From contig JAUNBL010000001.1 in the NCBI GenBank assembly GCA_030527235.1, positions 10,294-74,293 of the forward strand: a stretch of 64,000 nt of DNA, read 5' to 3'. A program made the position numbers and the translations under genes. Position 1 is the first letter of the stretch. Each line of letters begins with the position of its first letter. Below are positions 43,092 through 53,231 of the stretch, piece by piece. The DNA comes from Clostridia bacterium (GTDB lineage Bacteria > Bacillota > Clostridia > UMGS1883). The notes beneath the pieces are model-generated. The model saw nothing but the letters and a program-made list of their open reading frames with translations, did not search any database and was not told where the DNA came from.

Positions 43092-45632
43092 TTATTTATA
43101 TCTGCATGCAAAACCAAGCGGTTTTATAGCAGACAAACCGTCCCAAATCATAATCTTTGCATATGCAGCAGAGTTAAAGTAGGTTTCAAAATTCTTAATC
43201 CGAGTTGAATTGGTAAGATTAAACATTTGGATTACTGTCATGCTGTTTTCGCCCTTCGCAAGATTATATCCGTTATTGATAAAATTGCTTATCATTCGTC
43301 CGTTTTTATTATAGAACGCAACTGCAAAGCATACGGTTTTTGCCTCAGGCGCTGTGACGGTAAAATCTACATTATTATCTTTTTTAACTTTAAATCTCGG
43401 CTCCGTTGCGGTGAACGGTGTTCTGACAATCAGTGTAGTGCTTGTATTGGTAGTGCCGCTGATATATACTCCATATTCCGTGCCGTTTATTTTCATTTTG
43501 TTATTGCCGAAAATATAATTTTCCTCTGTCTTTATGGGAACATAAAGATAATAGGTCGTCCCCTCTGTCGCAACAGTGCCTGCAGGGAGCTTGTTTGCAA
43601 CACCGTACGCTTCTGTTGGACACCAATAAAGCGTGCTTACATAGTAGTTAGCTGAGACTGTTGTAAAGTCGTCCTTCTGCGCAAGAGTGCTGCCGCCTTC
43701 GGGCGGTTCAAAGAAGATTTCTGCGTTGTTTAATACTCTTACATAAACAATCAGCTTGCTTGAACTTACACGAACCGTATCGGTCATCTGCTGATTGTTC
43801 ACCTGCAAATCAAGGTTATCCGCGGTAAAAAATCCATTCAATGTTATTTTTGCAATATAGTTTTTGCTCATATCAAATTTATCGGTTTCATTCATTGCGT
43901 TTGCGGCCGTATATGTATCGCCCTTGCACCATGAAACAGAGTCAACTGAGAAGCTGTCTTTATTAGGCGTATATACTACATCCGCGGGCGTTTCGCACTC
44001 ATACATATTCGTCATTACAAGCCTTGCCGCCTTTATTTTCTCACTTTCCCACACGGCATATGCCGTAGTTGTATCAGATACATTTACTTGCTCTCCTACA
44101 CCGTACAGCTTGCCGTCCACTCTCCAGCCCACAAAACTGTCGTCGTCTTTGGTGTAGGTACATTCCGGTAGGATAAATTGCCCGTCAGCAGTCAAAAGTT
44201 TTGACATACTTCCCGAGCCGCCATTTGAGTTAAAATGAAGAGCGCACAACGGTTCCGGCAGATCAACCGCGAAAGTATTTGAGCTGACGACATAGTGCGG
44301 TGTACATTCTCTTCCGTTAATCGTTACCGGCGGCCACGGATATTTCAATTCAAACTCCGAGCCTGGTATTGACTTAAGCGTTATTTTAAGCCGATATTCG
44401 TATCCTTTCGTAAGCTTCGAATTGGTTTTGTCAACCCATTCCGTTTCACCTATCTTTCTGCCCTGCCACTGATAGGTGTCTATAACCGCTCCTTCCGAGG
44501 GAATGTATACAACCGGTTGGAATACACCGTAGTAATAATTAGGCACAGAAAGTTCTATTTCCGGTATCGGCGCTTTGCTGGTGCCCTTGACATGATCGCA
44601 ATATTTACAGACGTCATTGACGTAGCTATGTCTTTCATAGCCGCGGAAAGCGCCGCAGCCCTTGCAGGTTTTTCTATGGTGAGTTGCGCCGTAATATATG
44701 GTATCGCTGCCGCTGGAGGTTTCGCCGTATTCATATGCCTCCTCATAGCTTGTGTTTACATGCGTTACGGTAACGGTTGCTTTATCGCTGTACACCTCTC
44801 CTGCACGGTTATATACCTTGCAGTAATATTCCACACTGCCCTGCCATGAAAAGCTGCTGTCTGTGGTAAGCTGTGCGCCGCTGCCAAGGCATACGGGGTC
44901 CTTGCCTTCAACCTGATAGTACCAAAGATACTTAAGCCCTTCCCCGGTTGCCTCGATGCTAAGTGCTACGCTTTGATTGCATTTTTTCGTAACATTTTGG
45001 GGCTGGCTTGTAATCACCGGCAGCGCATATGTTGTTTTATATCCGCAGTCGGTACACACGCCGTCCTTAAAGTAGTGTTCGTATTTAAAGCTTTCAACAT
45101 TAAATATATAGGGGCAACCCGTGACAGCGCATTTATATCCGTGATAATCCTCGTCGATGGCACCGTAGGAATTCATATCCGCTTCATGCACATGGGAACC
45201 GTCGTCAATGGCATAGCCCCTCATAATTTGGATAACTACAACATCATCCTCGTCCGCAAAAACACTATAATCAACATTTTTCGTGAGCACCTCGCCGTTT
45301 ACGGTGACCGTAACGCTTTCGGAAAACTCATATCCGTCCTTCGGCGCAATCACAAAGAGGTAACCGTATATTCCGGCGGAGGCAAAGCTTGTTATAATGC
45401 TTTCTTTTTCCAAATCACCCCAATAATGAATATCCGTGCCGTCGTAATTCTTTACCGTATAATTTGCTCCCGAGGGAATCGACAGATATTTGCAGCTGCC
45501 GTTTGCCACGGGAATAATATCTCCCGTAAGAGTAACTGTCGTAATTTCTGTTGCCGCAAACGCTGTATTAGGCAGAATCGCTAACAATATGCAGAGTGTC
45601 AAAACTGCCGACAAAATTTTTTTGCTTTTCAT
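43092..45632 (-). CDS. Large secreted protein with His/Cys modules and a Flg_new repeat
   Basis: 846 aa. Signal peptide: ILSAVLTLCILLAILPNTAFA. Modules include HVHEAD...YKCAVTGCPY, GVCTDCGYK and THHRKTCKGCG...CKYCDH. Flg_new repeat: LHFNSNGGSGS...FVGWRV. The C-terminal tail is shared with the 1083-aa protein. Confidence 0.7.
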   Translation of the reverse strand: MKSKKILSAVLTLCILLAILPNTAFAATEITTVTLTGDIIPVANGSCKYLSIPSGANYTVKNYDGTDIHYWGDLEKESIITSFASAGIYGYLFVIAPKDGYEFSESVTVTVNGEVLTKNVDYSVFADEDDVVVIQIMRGYAIDDGSHVHEADMNSYGAIDEDYHGYKCAVTGCPYIFNVESFKYEHYFKDGVCTDCGYKTTYALPVITSQPQNVTKKCNQSVALSIEATGEGLKYLWYYQVEGKDPVCLGSGAQLTTDSSFSWQGSVEYYCKVYNRAGEVYSDKATVTVTHVNTSYEEAYEYGETSSGSDTIYYGATHHRKTCKGCGAFRGYERHSYVNDVCKYCDHVKGTSKAPIPEIELSVPNYYYGVFQPVVYIPSEGAVIDTYQWQGRKIGETEWVDKTNSKLTKGYEYRLKITLKSIPGSEFELKYPWPPVTINGRECTPHYVVSSNTFAVDLPEPLCALHFNSNGGSGSMSKLLTADGQFILPECTYTKDDDSFVGWRVDGKLYGVGEQVNVSDTTTAYAVWESEKIKAARLVMTNMYECETPADVVYTPNKDSFSVDSVSWCKGDTYTAANAMNETDKFDMSKNYIAKITLNGFFTADNLDLQVNNQQMTDTVRVSSSKLIVYVRVLNNAEIFFEPPEGGSTLAQKDDFTTVSANYYVSTLYWCPTEAYGVANKLPAGTVATEGTTYYLYVPIKTEENYIFGNNKMKINGTEYGVYISGTTNTSTTLIVRTPFTATEPRFKVKKDNNVDFTVTAPEAKTVCFAVAFYNKNGRMISNFINNGYNLAKGENSMTVIQMFNLTNSTRIKNFETYFNSAAYAKIMIWDGLSAIKPLGFACRYK

Positions 45633-45660
45633 AAATCTTCCTCCTTTTTGTATTAATGGT

Positions 45661-46041
45661 TCAAAAAATCAAACTGACAGTAGTTTCTGCTATAACCGGT
45701 TTCCCCGATTCGTGCAGCCTTTCTGCACAGTTTTTGCACATCTCGATTTCATCGCATATCAAAAAGCACCGGTCACATATCAATCCATGGCATATCGGGC
45801 AAATGCTAAAATGATTTATTGCATCATCCAAAACGGCATTCCGCGCATTAATCCACTCTCTTCTGTAAAGTGCATCATAAATCACTTTTTTGTTTTTATC
45901 CGATACTCTGCTGCCAGCCTGCGAAAATGGTATTGGCTTACTGTACCACCATGTTCCGCAGGATGAACATAAGAACTTAAAGCAAAACTCATCTTCTGTC
46001 GAACAATCTTTCATGTACTTTATCAATTCGTCTTTCATCAT
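45661..46041 (-). CDS. Cys-rich small protein (126 aa)
   Basis: CSSCG...CPICHGLICDRC...CKNCAE. It is the first gene downstream of operator block B. Confidence 0.5.
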   Translation of the reverse strand: MMKDELIKYMKDCSTEDEFCFKFLCSSCGTWWYSKPIPFSQAGSRVSDKNKKVIYDALYRREWINARNAVLDDAINHFSICPICHGLICDRCFLICDEIEMCKNCAERLHESGKPVIAETTVSLIF

Positions 46042-46095
46042 AGCGATTTACTCCTTTCAACTGTATTATGATTTTATTGTAGCTGAAAAAAAGAA

Positions 46096-46162
46096 AAAAA
46101 GATATTATCTATTGGATACTTTTGGGGCTTTTTCTTAAATATTATCCATTGGATAATGTGCA
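46096..46162 (-). promoter_or_regulatory. Conserved operator/promoter block, copy B
   Basis: Perfect 17-bp palindrome ATTATCCA-T-TGGATAAT at 46141-46157. A degenerate second site lies at 46104-46120. Homologous to 31476-31540. Confidence 0.6.
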
Positions 46163-46213
46163 CATTTAACAATATAATACACCTTTATTTGTTAAAAGCG
46201 CCCAAATAGTTTG

Positions 46214-46247
46214 CAAAAAAAGAACCGACCGAATAATCAGTCAGTTC
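46214..46247 (-). terminator. Rho-independent terminator of the LuxR-type gene
   Basis: On the minus strand: GAACTGAC-N10-GTCGGTTC (one mismatch), followed by T7-8. Confidence 0.6.
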
Positions 46248-46262
46248 GATAAAATATATTCT

Positions 46263-47864
46263 TTAAATTTTTGTACTACGGCGAAGCTCGTCAAGACGTC
46301 CGCATCGTTTGAGCAAATCTATATAAAGCATTAGTTCATCTCTGGATGAAACCTCTAATTTTTCATAAATACTTCTGTTATGTCTTCTTACTGTACTCAT
46401 ACTGATATACGCGAGATTGGGTATTTCCATAATCTGATATCCTTCAATATAATATTCTAAAATATTGTATTCTGCATTTGTCAAAGTTTTTGCACGTTCG
46501 ATAAAGTTATCAAAAATTTCCTGTATCCCCTCCGGTATACCGGTGTTTTCAGATATTGTGTTTTGTTGCTGCGTATGCAGGAAATTCATAAGTTCGTCTA
46601 TTTCAGACAGTCCGGTTTTAGATTCATGCGTTAAATTCCCGTTTTGAATTGCCTCAAGCTGTTTTGCAATGGGCTGCACATATTTTCGCGAGAGAAATAC
46701 CGACATAATTATCATAATTAGTAATAATGCGGCAAATACTGTAATATAAATTACTTTCCTTTTAACGGCATACTCACGGAAATTCGACGCCGGCAAAAGA
46801 ACCGAAACCGTCCACTCTGTATCGTTTAACGGAGAAGACGATATTGAAATTTCCTTTGAAAGTCCAACATACTTTCTTTCATCTGATGTATAGTAGTTAA
46901 AATTACCCGATGGCTTTATACAAAAAATTTGCTCGGAAAATTTACCTCTGTTATCAGCACCGCATAGCCCCTTTGACAAACATAAATTTCCATTTTCGTT
47001 CGGAGACAATGCCGTAACAATTGTTCCAAACTTACTTTCAGAGGACGGATGAGCAAGCCTGAAATACAGTTCACTTATTTCAACACCGCATATACCGTAA
47101 AATTCTCCTTGGCTACCGATAATAGGAACAACAAGCAGCATTGCTTTTTCCCATGTGTCCGTAAGCGATTCCTTTTTCGCCCATAAATACGAATTTGCTG
47201 CGCGCATCGGAGAACTTTGCTGCATTTCCATGTAATAAGGAAACTTTTTTATATTAAACTCCATATTCCATCGATTATGCAGTTCAAGCTTGTTTTTTCT
47301 TGCAACCTCTTTCATACCGCGAAACAGTGCTGTTTCCGAATTGACAGGATTGCTGTCATTGACGCTCGTGCGGCGAAGATATAGTCCACAGCGTGAAAAT
47401 TCGGAGTCCTTTGCCGCAGTATTGACCGTCACATCCAAAACAACATAAGCTCCGCTGCCTTCGGATGATTCCAAAGCTGTATTAAGCAAATTATACATTG
47501 ATTGCTGCAAATCTCGGATTTGCATAGGATCATTATTTAAGCTCTCAAACGACCGATTATTTTTTTTCAGTAAATATTCTATTTCCGTGCTTATTTTACT
47601 TGAAAGCTTAATGCCTTGAGCATTGGTACGGTCAAACTGCTGCATAATTTTAGACGAAGAATTTTCAAGCGTCATTGACAGACATTGGTTTAAATGCTGC
47701 TTTGAAAACGAAAATACATCCGTCACAGAGCAAATTATAAGCAAAATGCAGATAATAGCCGAAACGATGGACAAAAAATAATACATTAGTTTTTTCTGCA
47801 TACTTGTGCTGCGATTCTTCATCTGACGGTATATCATTTTTAAATTTTCCAAGTATTTTTTCAT
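46263..47864 (-). CDS. Membrane-anchored one-component regulator: TM, extracytoplasmic sensor domain, TM, LuxR/GerE-type HTH
   Basis: 533 aa. TM1: YFLSIVSAIICILLIICSV. TM2: VIYITVFAALLLIMIIMSVFL. C-terminal HTH: NAEYNILEYYIEGYQIMEIPNLAYISMSTVRRHNRSIYEKLEV. Confidence 0.7.
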   Translation of the reverse strand: MKKYLENLKMIYRQMKNRSTSMQKKLMYYFLSIVSAIICILLIICSVTDVFSFSKQHLNQCLSMTLENSSSKIMQQFDRTNAQGIKLSSKISTEIEYLLKKNNRSFESLNNDPMQIRDLQQSMYNLLNTALESSEGSGAYVVLDVTVNTAAKDSEFSRCGLYLRRTSVNDSNPVNSETALFRGMKEVARKNKLELHNRWNMEFNIKKFPYYMEMQQSSPMRAANSYLWAKKESLTDTWEKAMLLVVPIIGSQGEFYGICGVEISELYFRLAHPSSESKFGTIVTALSPNENGNLCLSKGLCGADNRGKFSEQIFCIKPSGNFNYYTSDERKYVGLSKEISISSSPLNDTEWTVSVLLPASNFREYAVKRKVIYITVFAALLLIMIIMSVFLSRKYVQPIAKQLEAIQNGNLTHESKTGLSEIDELMNFLHTQQQNTISENTGIPEGIQEIFDNFIERAKTLTNAEYNILEYYIEGYQIMEIPNLAYISMSTVRRHNRSIYEKLEVSSRDELMLYIDLLKRCGRLDELRRSTKI

Positions 47865-47897
47865 TGAATGACCTCCTTGTTTTTTGTCTTATGAGGT

Positions 47898-49250
47898 CTA
47901 TTGAAGCTCTGATTGCAGCCTTTCAAAGTATTTGCCAGATATGTCATATACAGCCGAATCAGGATTTCCTCCCGCATCCACTATATCTATATATTCTTGT
48001 CGGGCATCTGAAAGCAGCCGCCGAACGGTGACGGTAAATGCTGTTTCAGAATCCAGATAACTGTCAAAGCGCGGAGGATATACAAATTCATAATCAGGAT
48101 TAATATCCTGTATTGTTTTATATAAATCTTTGTATTTCGGATCCGTAAGCTGCTCCGTTTCCTTGATTAAATACTTATCGTAAGCCTCGTAGCATACAGG
48201 GACATAGCCGAGAGAAGTCACGAATTTCGTGTTTTGCTCCGGAGCTGTCAGCCATTTGATAAACGTGCAGGCTGCCTTTTCCCGTTCCGGTGTCGATTTT
48301 ACCGTACAAAATCCGCTGCCTCTTTGCATAACCATCTTTTTTCCATTTTCAAAGTTCGGATAGGGCAAGGAAATAATTTCAATTTCCTCCGAGGTATTGT
48401 CCTCGTATGTAACAATATTTTCATAATACAAGACGCTTGCCGAAGAAGCAAGAGTAGCAATGGCGTCACCTGTACGCAGCGCCTCTGTGGCATAGCCCTC
48501 TCCCAGCCACACACCGCCTTTTATTGCAGCCGGCGCAAGCACATCCCAGGCTGTTTGATACGATTGGCAAAAGGAAAATTGTTCGTCACGAAAGAAATCC
48601 TCGCCAAGTGCCTGCACACCTACTTGAAAATAATGAAAGGGGTAATCGTTTGCCAAAAACGCCTTACCTCCACTCCACTCCGCGTATAATGACGCCGCTT
48701 TGTACAGTCCTTCCCATGTAGCAAGGTCATCTAATTTTGCTCCCGTTTCCTTTGCAAAACGATCAAACAAGGTTTTATTGATAAACAGAAGCTCCGTGGA
48801 CTTAGCAACCGGGAAAATGAGCAGTCGCTTGTCAAAGGTTCCCTCATCCAAAAACTCTTTTATGTAGCCTTCAAGATCCGCATCGCTAAAATAATCTCTA
48901 TAATCTACCAACATATCCGAATCCTGCATTGCGGACACAGTTTTGGGGTAACAGTTGAAAATATCCGGAAGTTCAGGTGCGCCCGGTTCATGATTTACAG
49001 CCGCCAAAACACCCTCATGTATTTTGTTGCTGTTTGATACAGACGTTACTGTAATTTGAATTCCTTCTTTTTGTCCGACCGTGCTGTTAAATTCATCAAT
49101 TAATTCATTAATGGGCGATGCCACCTGTTCTCCGTACACATGCCAAAGTGTCAGTTGTATGGGTTCTTTGTTTTTGCTTACACCGCATCCCGCCATTGAA
49201 GTAATCAGGCATATTCCGCATAAAGCGCATAGTATTTTTTTGTGTTTCAT
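47898..49250 (-). CDS. Orphan extracellular solute-binding lipoprotein (ABC SBP family 1-like)
   Basis: 450 aa with lipobox ITSMAGCG and a general SBP pattern. The window contains no permease or ATPase genes. Confidence 0.65.
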   Translation of the reverse strand: MKHKKILCALCGICLITSMAGCGVSKNKEPIQLTLWHVYGEQVASPINELIDEFNSTVGQKEGIQITVTSVSNSNKIHEGVLAAVNHEPGAPELPDIFNCYPKTVSAMQDSDMLVDYRDYFSDADLEGYIKEFLDEGTFDKRLLIFPVAKSTELLFINKTLFDRFAKETGAKLDDLATWEGLYKAASLYAEWSGGKAFLANDYPFHYFQVGVQALGEDFFRDEQFSFCQSYQTAWDVLAPAAIKGGVWLGEGYATEALRTGDAIATLASSASVLYYENIVTYEDNTSEEIEIISLPYPNFENGKKMVMQRGSGFCTVKSTPEREKAACTFIKWLTAPEQNTKFVTSLGYVPVCYEAYDKYLIKETEQLTDPKYKDLYKTIQDINPDYEFVYPPRFDSYLDSETAFTVTVRRLLSDARQEYIDIVDAGGNPDSAVYDISGKYFERLQSELQ

Positions 49251-49305
49251 ATCGTTATCCTCTCTTTATTGTTTTACGAGCTTTCTGCGGCTGCTCATTT
49301 CATTC

Positions 49306-52300
49306 TTATTTTATCGTGTATGCCTCGCAAAGCGGTTTTATAGTTTCCATGTTTTCCCAAAGGAAAATTTTATCTCCGACATACATTTCTATATCCTCTG
49401 GCTTATTTACATAATTAACTCCGGCACTATATTTTTGCGTAACCAGTTTTATATTATTTAAGACATTTCCTTCGTAATCGGCAAATACCAATGTATATTC
49501 TCCGTCTTCCGCACAGGATATGTTTGCCGATTCTCCGTTTAAATCATATAAATCAATTGAGAATACGCTTTCAGTATCGCTTACAACAACATCTGAAAAT
49601 TCTGTCACATTGAATGATACCCAGTTACCGGCTGAAGAATATGAAATATTGAAGGCTTCAGCCTCTCCGCTCTCAACTTTCGCATGCCCTGACGGATAAA
49701 AATATTCTTTTGTTCCGTCTTGTTTTATGTGAATTATTTCTTTCGGTTCCATTGTGCCGACATAGATAGAAACATTCATTAACTTACTTCCGTTAAAAGA
49801 AGAATCATCAATATTGACAGTATTTGTATCATTTATAGTCATTGTTGGGGTAAGCGAGAATGTAATGGAGGAACCTGTTCCTTCTTTTTCATTGCCCTCT
49901 ATGTAATCTGTTACCGAAATATTCACGTCTACGTCAAGTTTAACGATATTTTGTGTACTCCAGTCCTCTACATAGCCTATAAGAGTTTCGTTTATTGCCT
50001 CTTGTGTTAGCGCTTCAGACATACCCGAAATGGTAGATAAATCCACCGCTGCATTTTCCGATGCGCTAGGAGTGTCTCCTGTCAGCCTTGTAAAATCCTT
50101 CGTGGAGGACGCGTCATTTAGCGTATAATTAATGCTCTGTTCTGAATTTAGCGGGTTCGCAACCGTGCCGTTTTCCGTCATTCGGTAAAGATAGACTTTT
50201 GTTTCGGTAACAGAAGCGCCTTCATATTTTGCACCTATTCCGTTATAATAATCTTTTTCCAATATAGAGAATCTGTGCAGTCCGTCTATGCTGTAAAATC
50301 TTAAATATCCGCTTTCGGTATCAGCCCATGCTTCATTATAAACAGATTGTAAATTTACCGTTTTGTCATCGTTTAATCTTATACGGTAACCGTATTTTGC
50401 ATAAGCGTCGCCCATCCAAAAATGTCCGCCGTCGTCTGCAAGAGAAGAAACCATTCCGTCAACTGTACTCTGCAGTGAATATCGAATTTCTCCGTTATCT
50501 AAATCACTGCAATCCGCAGCAAATTCTGTCGTAAAGATAAATACGTTTTGGTCATCTGCGTCTTTATACTTAAACGTGCTGCCGTCCTCCGACATAGTTA
50601 TCGGAACGGCAGGAAGCAACGTATCGTCCGATAAGCCGCCTTTTTCACCCTTATCATCTGCGCCTACCGGAGCCACAGCATAATAACTGTCTCCGTATTG
50701 TGCAACAAGTATATACTTGTTTTGCATAACAATTTCATCTGATTTTGTTACTTTGGTAAATATCGGCATACTTTTTTCGCAATAATCACAAAAATCATCA
50801 TCGTTTTCGTCCTTTGCGCCAAGAGCAAGGATAATAAGATCATCTTTATTCCAAATTTCCGAAATACCTTCGCTGTCAGAATAGTACATATCGCATACAT
50901 TACACGTCCAATATTCCTTCATACCGTTTGTATAACAGGTCGGCGCAACTTCAGGCGAATGAATAAGACCGTCTTCATGATGACATTTTTCATAATATAC
51001 ATAAGCTTTTATATGATTTTCATCTATTGTATTTGATACTGAAAAATAAGGTTCGCCGTCATTTGTTATAAGGCAAATATATTTTTGACTGTCTGTATCA
51101 TCATTCATATAACCATATTCATATCTCCAATAGGTTGCATTTTCTTTTGTGCATACAAACTTCAGGTTTCCCGAATCGTTCTTCAGATAATTCTGACCGA
51201 TTTTTATATATTTCGGAGTATATGTGTAACCGTCACTGCTTGTTGTTGAGCTGCCGTCTTCTATGGTTGCAAATGCGGCGGTATCATTGCTTGCTTTAAA
51301 CACGCCGGTTATTTCTTCGCTGATTTCAACGGCAGCCATTCCTTTTTCGTTCGGCATACCCATTGCATAAATTTTACCATTATATTCTGCTGTGAAAATC
51401 TTTTTAGAACCGTCTCCGGTATTGTTGTAGCCAAAGTATGAAGTTACAACTTCAGCGCCGCATACACTACATTTTCCGTCTGCATAGCTATGGTTTATTG
51501 ACGGTATATCTATAGTGTTTATATCAATCTGCGTATTTGTTGAGCTTCCTTCAAAATATTTGCCGCAGTCTTCACATTTTGTATAGGCAATATTTCCGTG
51601 TTCTGTGCAGGTTGCTTCCTTCGGCGGCACAATTGTAGTATGCGCGTGCGCGGCAAGCGGCAATACCGTATCGGCAAGCTTGATTTCCGTAGTTTTATCT
51701 GCCTTTAAATATCCGCAGCAATTTGAGCAATAATAATATTCAATATTTCCTTGCTCCGAGCAGGTGCTTTCCTTTGCATCATAATGAGTCAGACCCGCTT
51801 CATCGTGCGTACATACCTCCTTGTACAAATATGTATTTACCGGTATGTTATCTTCTGTAAGGCCACCTGTTGTCAGACCGGTACCGTCAAGATCAATATT
51901 GTTGTCACTAATCAGTCCTCCGGAAAATGCCGGATTGGTCATACTGCCGCTTTGATAGTGGAAAAACCGAATATAGGAAGACTTTTCCTCTGAAATCGCT
52001 TGATTGATTTTAAACTCTTTGGTGGTTTTAAACAGCACTGTCCCGTCCACACGAAATTTCAGTTCCCATTCGCTCATTCCGTTGCTATCCATATGAACAG
52101 GCAAGCTTTTGGACTTGGTATCGGAAAAGTCAGAGGTTTGAGAAACGGTAGAATAAAAAGCGCTCAAATATTGTAATAAATTGTCCGCATTTTTAAACGT
52201 GTACTGTCCTTGAGTTCGATATGCTCCAAGCCTGACAGCGAGAGGACGTATACTATTGCTGTAATCCTCCGCCAGACTAAGTGTATCATCTGCATTTTTC

Positions 52301-52557
52301 TGCATCGGAACCGCTGACCGCCTGCCGGTGTTAAGTGTATTAGTGTCAGATACTTCATCACCAAGCGCATAATATGCTTTGGCATCCGCATCATAGCCGA
52401 CAATCAGATATTTCGCACCTACCACAAGGTCATCCGCGGAAGTAACTCGCCTAAAGCGTACTGTGCTGTCAATTGCTGCCGCCGCCGGTATACTCGGCAG
52501 CATTGCAATAAGCATTGTAATCATAGTAAAAATACAAAGAAATTTTTTGACTTTCAT
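49306..52557 (-). CDS. Large secreted protein with repeated His/Cys modules
   Basis: 1083 aa. Signal peptide: ITMLIAMLPSIPAAAA. Modules include STCSEQGNIEYYYCSNCCG, ATCTEHGNIAYTKCEDCG, GKCSVCG and PTCYTNGMKEYWTCNVCD. C-terminal tail: KIFLWENMETIKPLCEAYTIK. Confidence 0.7.
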   Translation of the reverse strand: MKVKKFLCIFTMITMLIAMLPSIPAAAAIDSTVRFRRVTSADDLVVGAKYLIVGYDADAKAYYALGDEVSDTNTLNTGRRSAVPMQKNADDTLSLAEDYSNSIRPLAVRLGAYRTQGQYTFKNADNLLQYLSAFYSTVSQTSDFSDTKSKSLPVHMDSNGMSEWELKFRVDGTVLFKTTKEFKINQAISEEKSSYIRFFHYQSGSMTNPAFSGGLISDNNIDLDGTGLTTGGLTEDNIPVNTYLYKEVCTHDEAGLTHYDAKESTCSEQGNIEYYYCSNCCGYLKADKTTEIKLADTVLPLAAHAHTTIVPPKEATCTEHGNIAYTKCEDCGKYFEGSSTNTQIDINTIDIPSINHSYADGKCSVCGAEVVTSYFGYNNTGDGSKKIFTAEYNGKIYAMGMPNEKGMAAVEISEEITGVFKASNDTAAFATIEDGSSTTSSDGYTYTPKYIKIGQNYLKNDSGNLKFVCTKENATYWRYEYGYMNDDTDSQKYICLITNDGEPYFSVSNTIDENHIKAYVYYEKCHHEDGLIHSPEVAPTCYTNGMKEYWTCNVCDMYYSDSEGISEIWNKDDLIILALGAKDENDDDFCDYCEKSMPIFTKVTKSDEIVMQNKYILVAQYGDSYYAVAPVGADDKGEKGGLSDDTLLPAVPITMSEDGSTFKYKDADDQNVFIFTTEFAADCSDLDNGEIRYSLQSTVDGMVSSLADDGGHFWMGDAYAKYGYRIRLNDDKTVNLQSVYNEAWADTESGYLRFYSIDGLHRFSILEKDYYNGIGAKYEGASVTETKVYLYRMTENGTVANPLNSEQSINYTLNDASSTKDFTRLTGDTPSASENAAVDLSTISGMSEALTQEAINETLIGYVEDWSTQNIVKLDVDVNISVTDYIEGNEKEGTGSSITFSLTPTMTINDTNTVNIDDSSFNGSKLMNVSIYVGTMEPKEIIHIKQDGTKEYFYPSGHAKVESGEAEAFNISYSSAGNWVSFNVTEFSDVVVSDTESVFSIDLYDLNGESANISCAEDGEYTLVFADYEGNVLNNIKLVTQKYSAGVNYVNKPEDIEMYVGDKIFLWENMETIKPLCEAYTIK

Positions 52558-52666
52558 AAAATATTTCTCCTTTCAGATAATACCACATTTTTGCACAGCT
52601 CTCGGCTGTGGCTGTCCGAGAGCCGCATACTTGCCTTGATTTTACCGCAGTAGCCTACGCCGCCTT

Positions 52667-53050
52667 TTACAACGTATCAACAACGGCTGATAAATACGCC
52701 GCTGAAACAGAGCTGTAAATAAAATTATCAATCAGACCGTCTTTTTTTGCCTGAAGCACACGCCGTGCCAGCGTCTTTTCAGCATTTTCATCGACAATCA
52801 GGACAATTTTACACTTCGGACTGTAACACTTTACTTCATCCCTTATTTTGAGCCGTTCTTCCAGCATCCACGGAGTATATCCGGTTACTTCGCAAAGAAG
52901 CGCATACGGCTTGAAAAGATTACAAAGCTCTGCCGTTTTGTCCGGGCTTTCCGACATTCGTACATCAAAATCGGAATCTGCTCTTTTTAAGGCTTGCACA
53001 ATTGCATCAGCAAAAAGATAGTTTTGCATATCTACAACAATCCGCTGCAT
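52667..53050 (-). CDS. Stand-alone pseudo-receiver (REC-like) protein
   Basis: 127 aa with a CheY-like alternation. At the expected phospho-acceptor position the sequence is LLCEV (Glu rather than Asp). Confidence 0.45.
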   Translation of the reverse strand: MQRIVVDMQNYLFADAIVQALKRADSDFDVRMSESPDKTAELCNLFKPYALLCEVTGYTPWMLEERLKIRDEVKCYSPKCKIVLIVDENAEKTLARRVLQAKKDGLIDNFIYSSVSAAYLSAVVDTL

Positions 53051-53170
53051 TTCCTCACCCTTCTTTCTTTAAATAGGCATACTTATATCTTCTATAATGA
53101 TATTATAAATGATTTCAAAAAAAACGCATTCCCCAAATGGGTACTTTTGCAAAAAAAAATTAAAAAATTT

Positions 53171-53211
53171 TAAAAAAATAAAAAAAGCATCCAACTTTTT
53201 TATTTGGATGC
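53171..53211 (-). terminator. Rho-independent terminator after the response-regulator gene
   Basis: GCATCCAA-N9-TTGGATGC, followed on the minus strand by a long T tract. Confidence 0.7.
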
Positions 53212-53231
53212 CGTAATATTTTGTATTTTCG

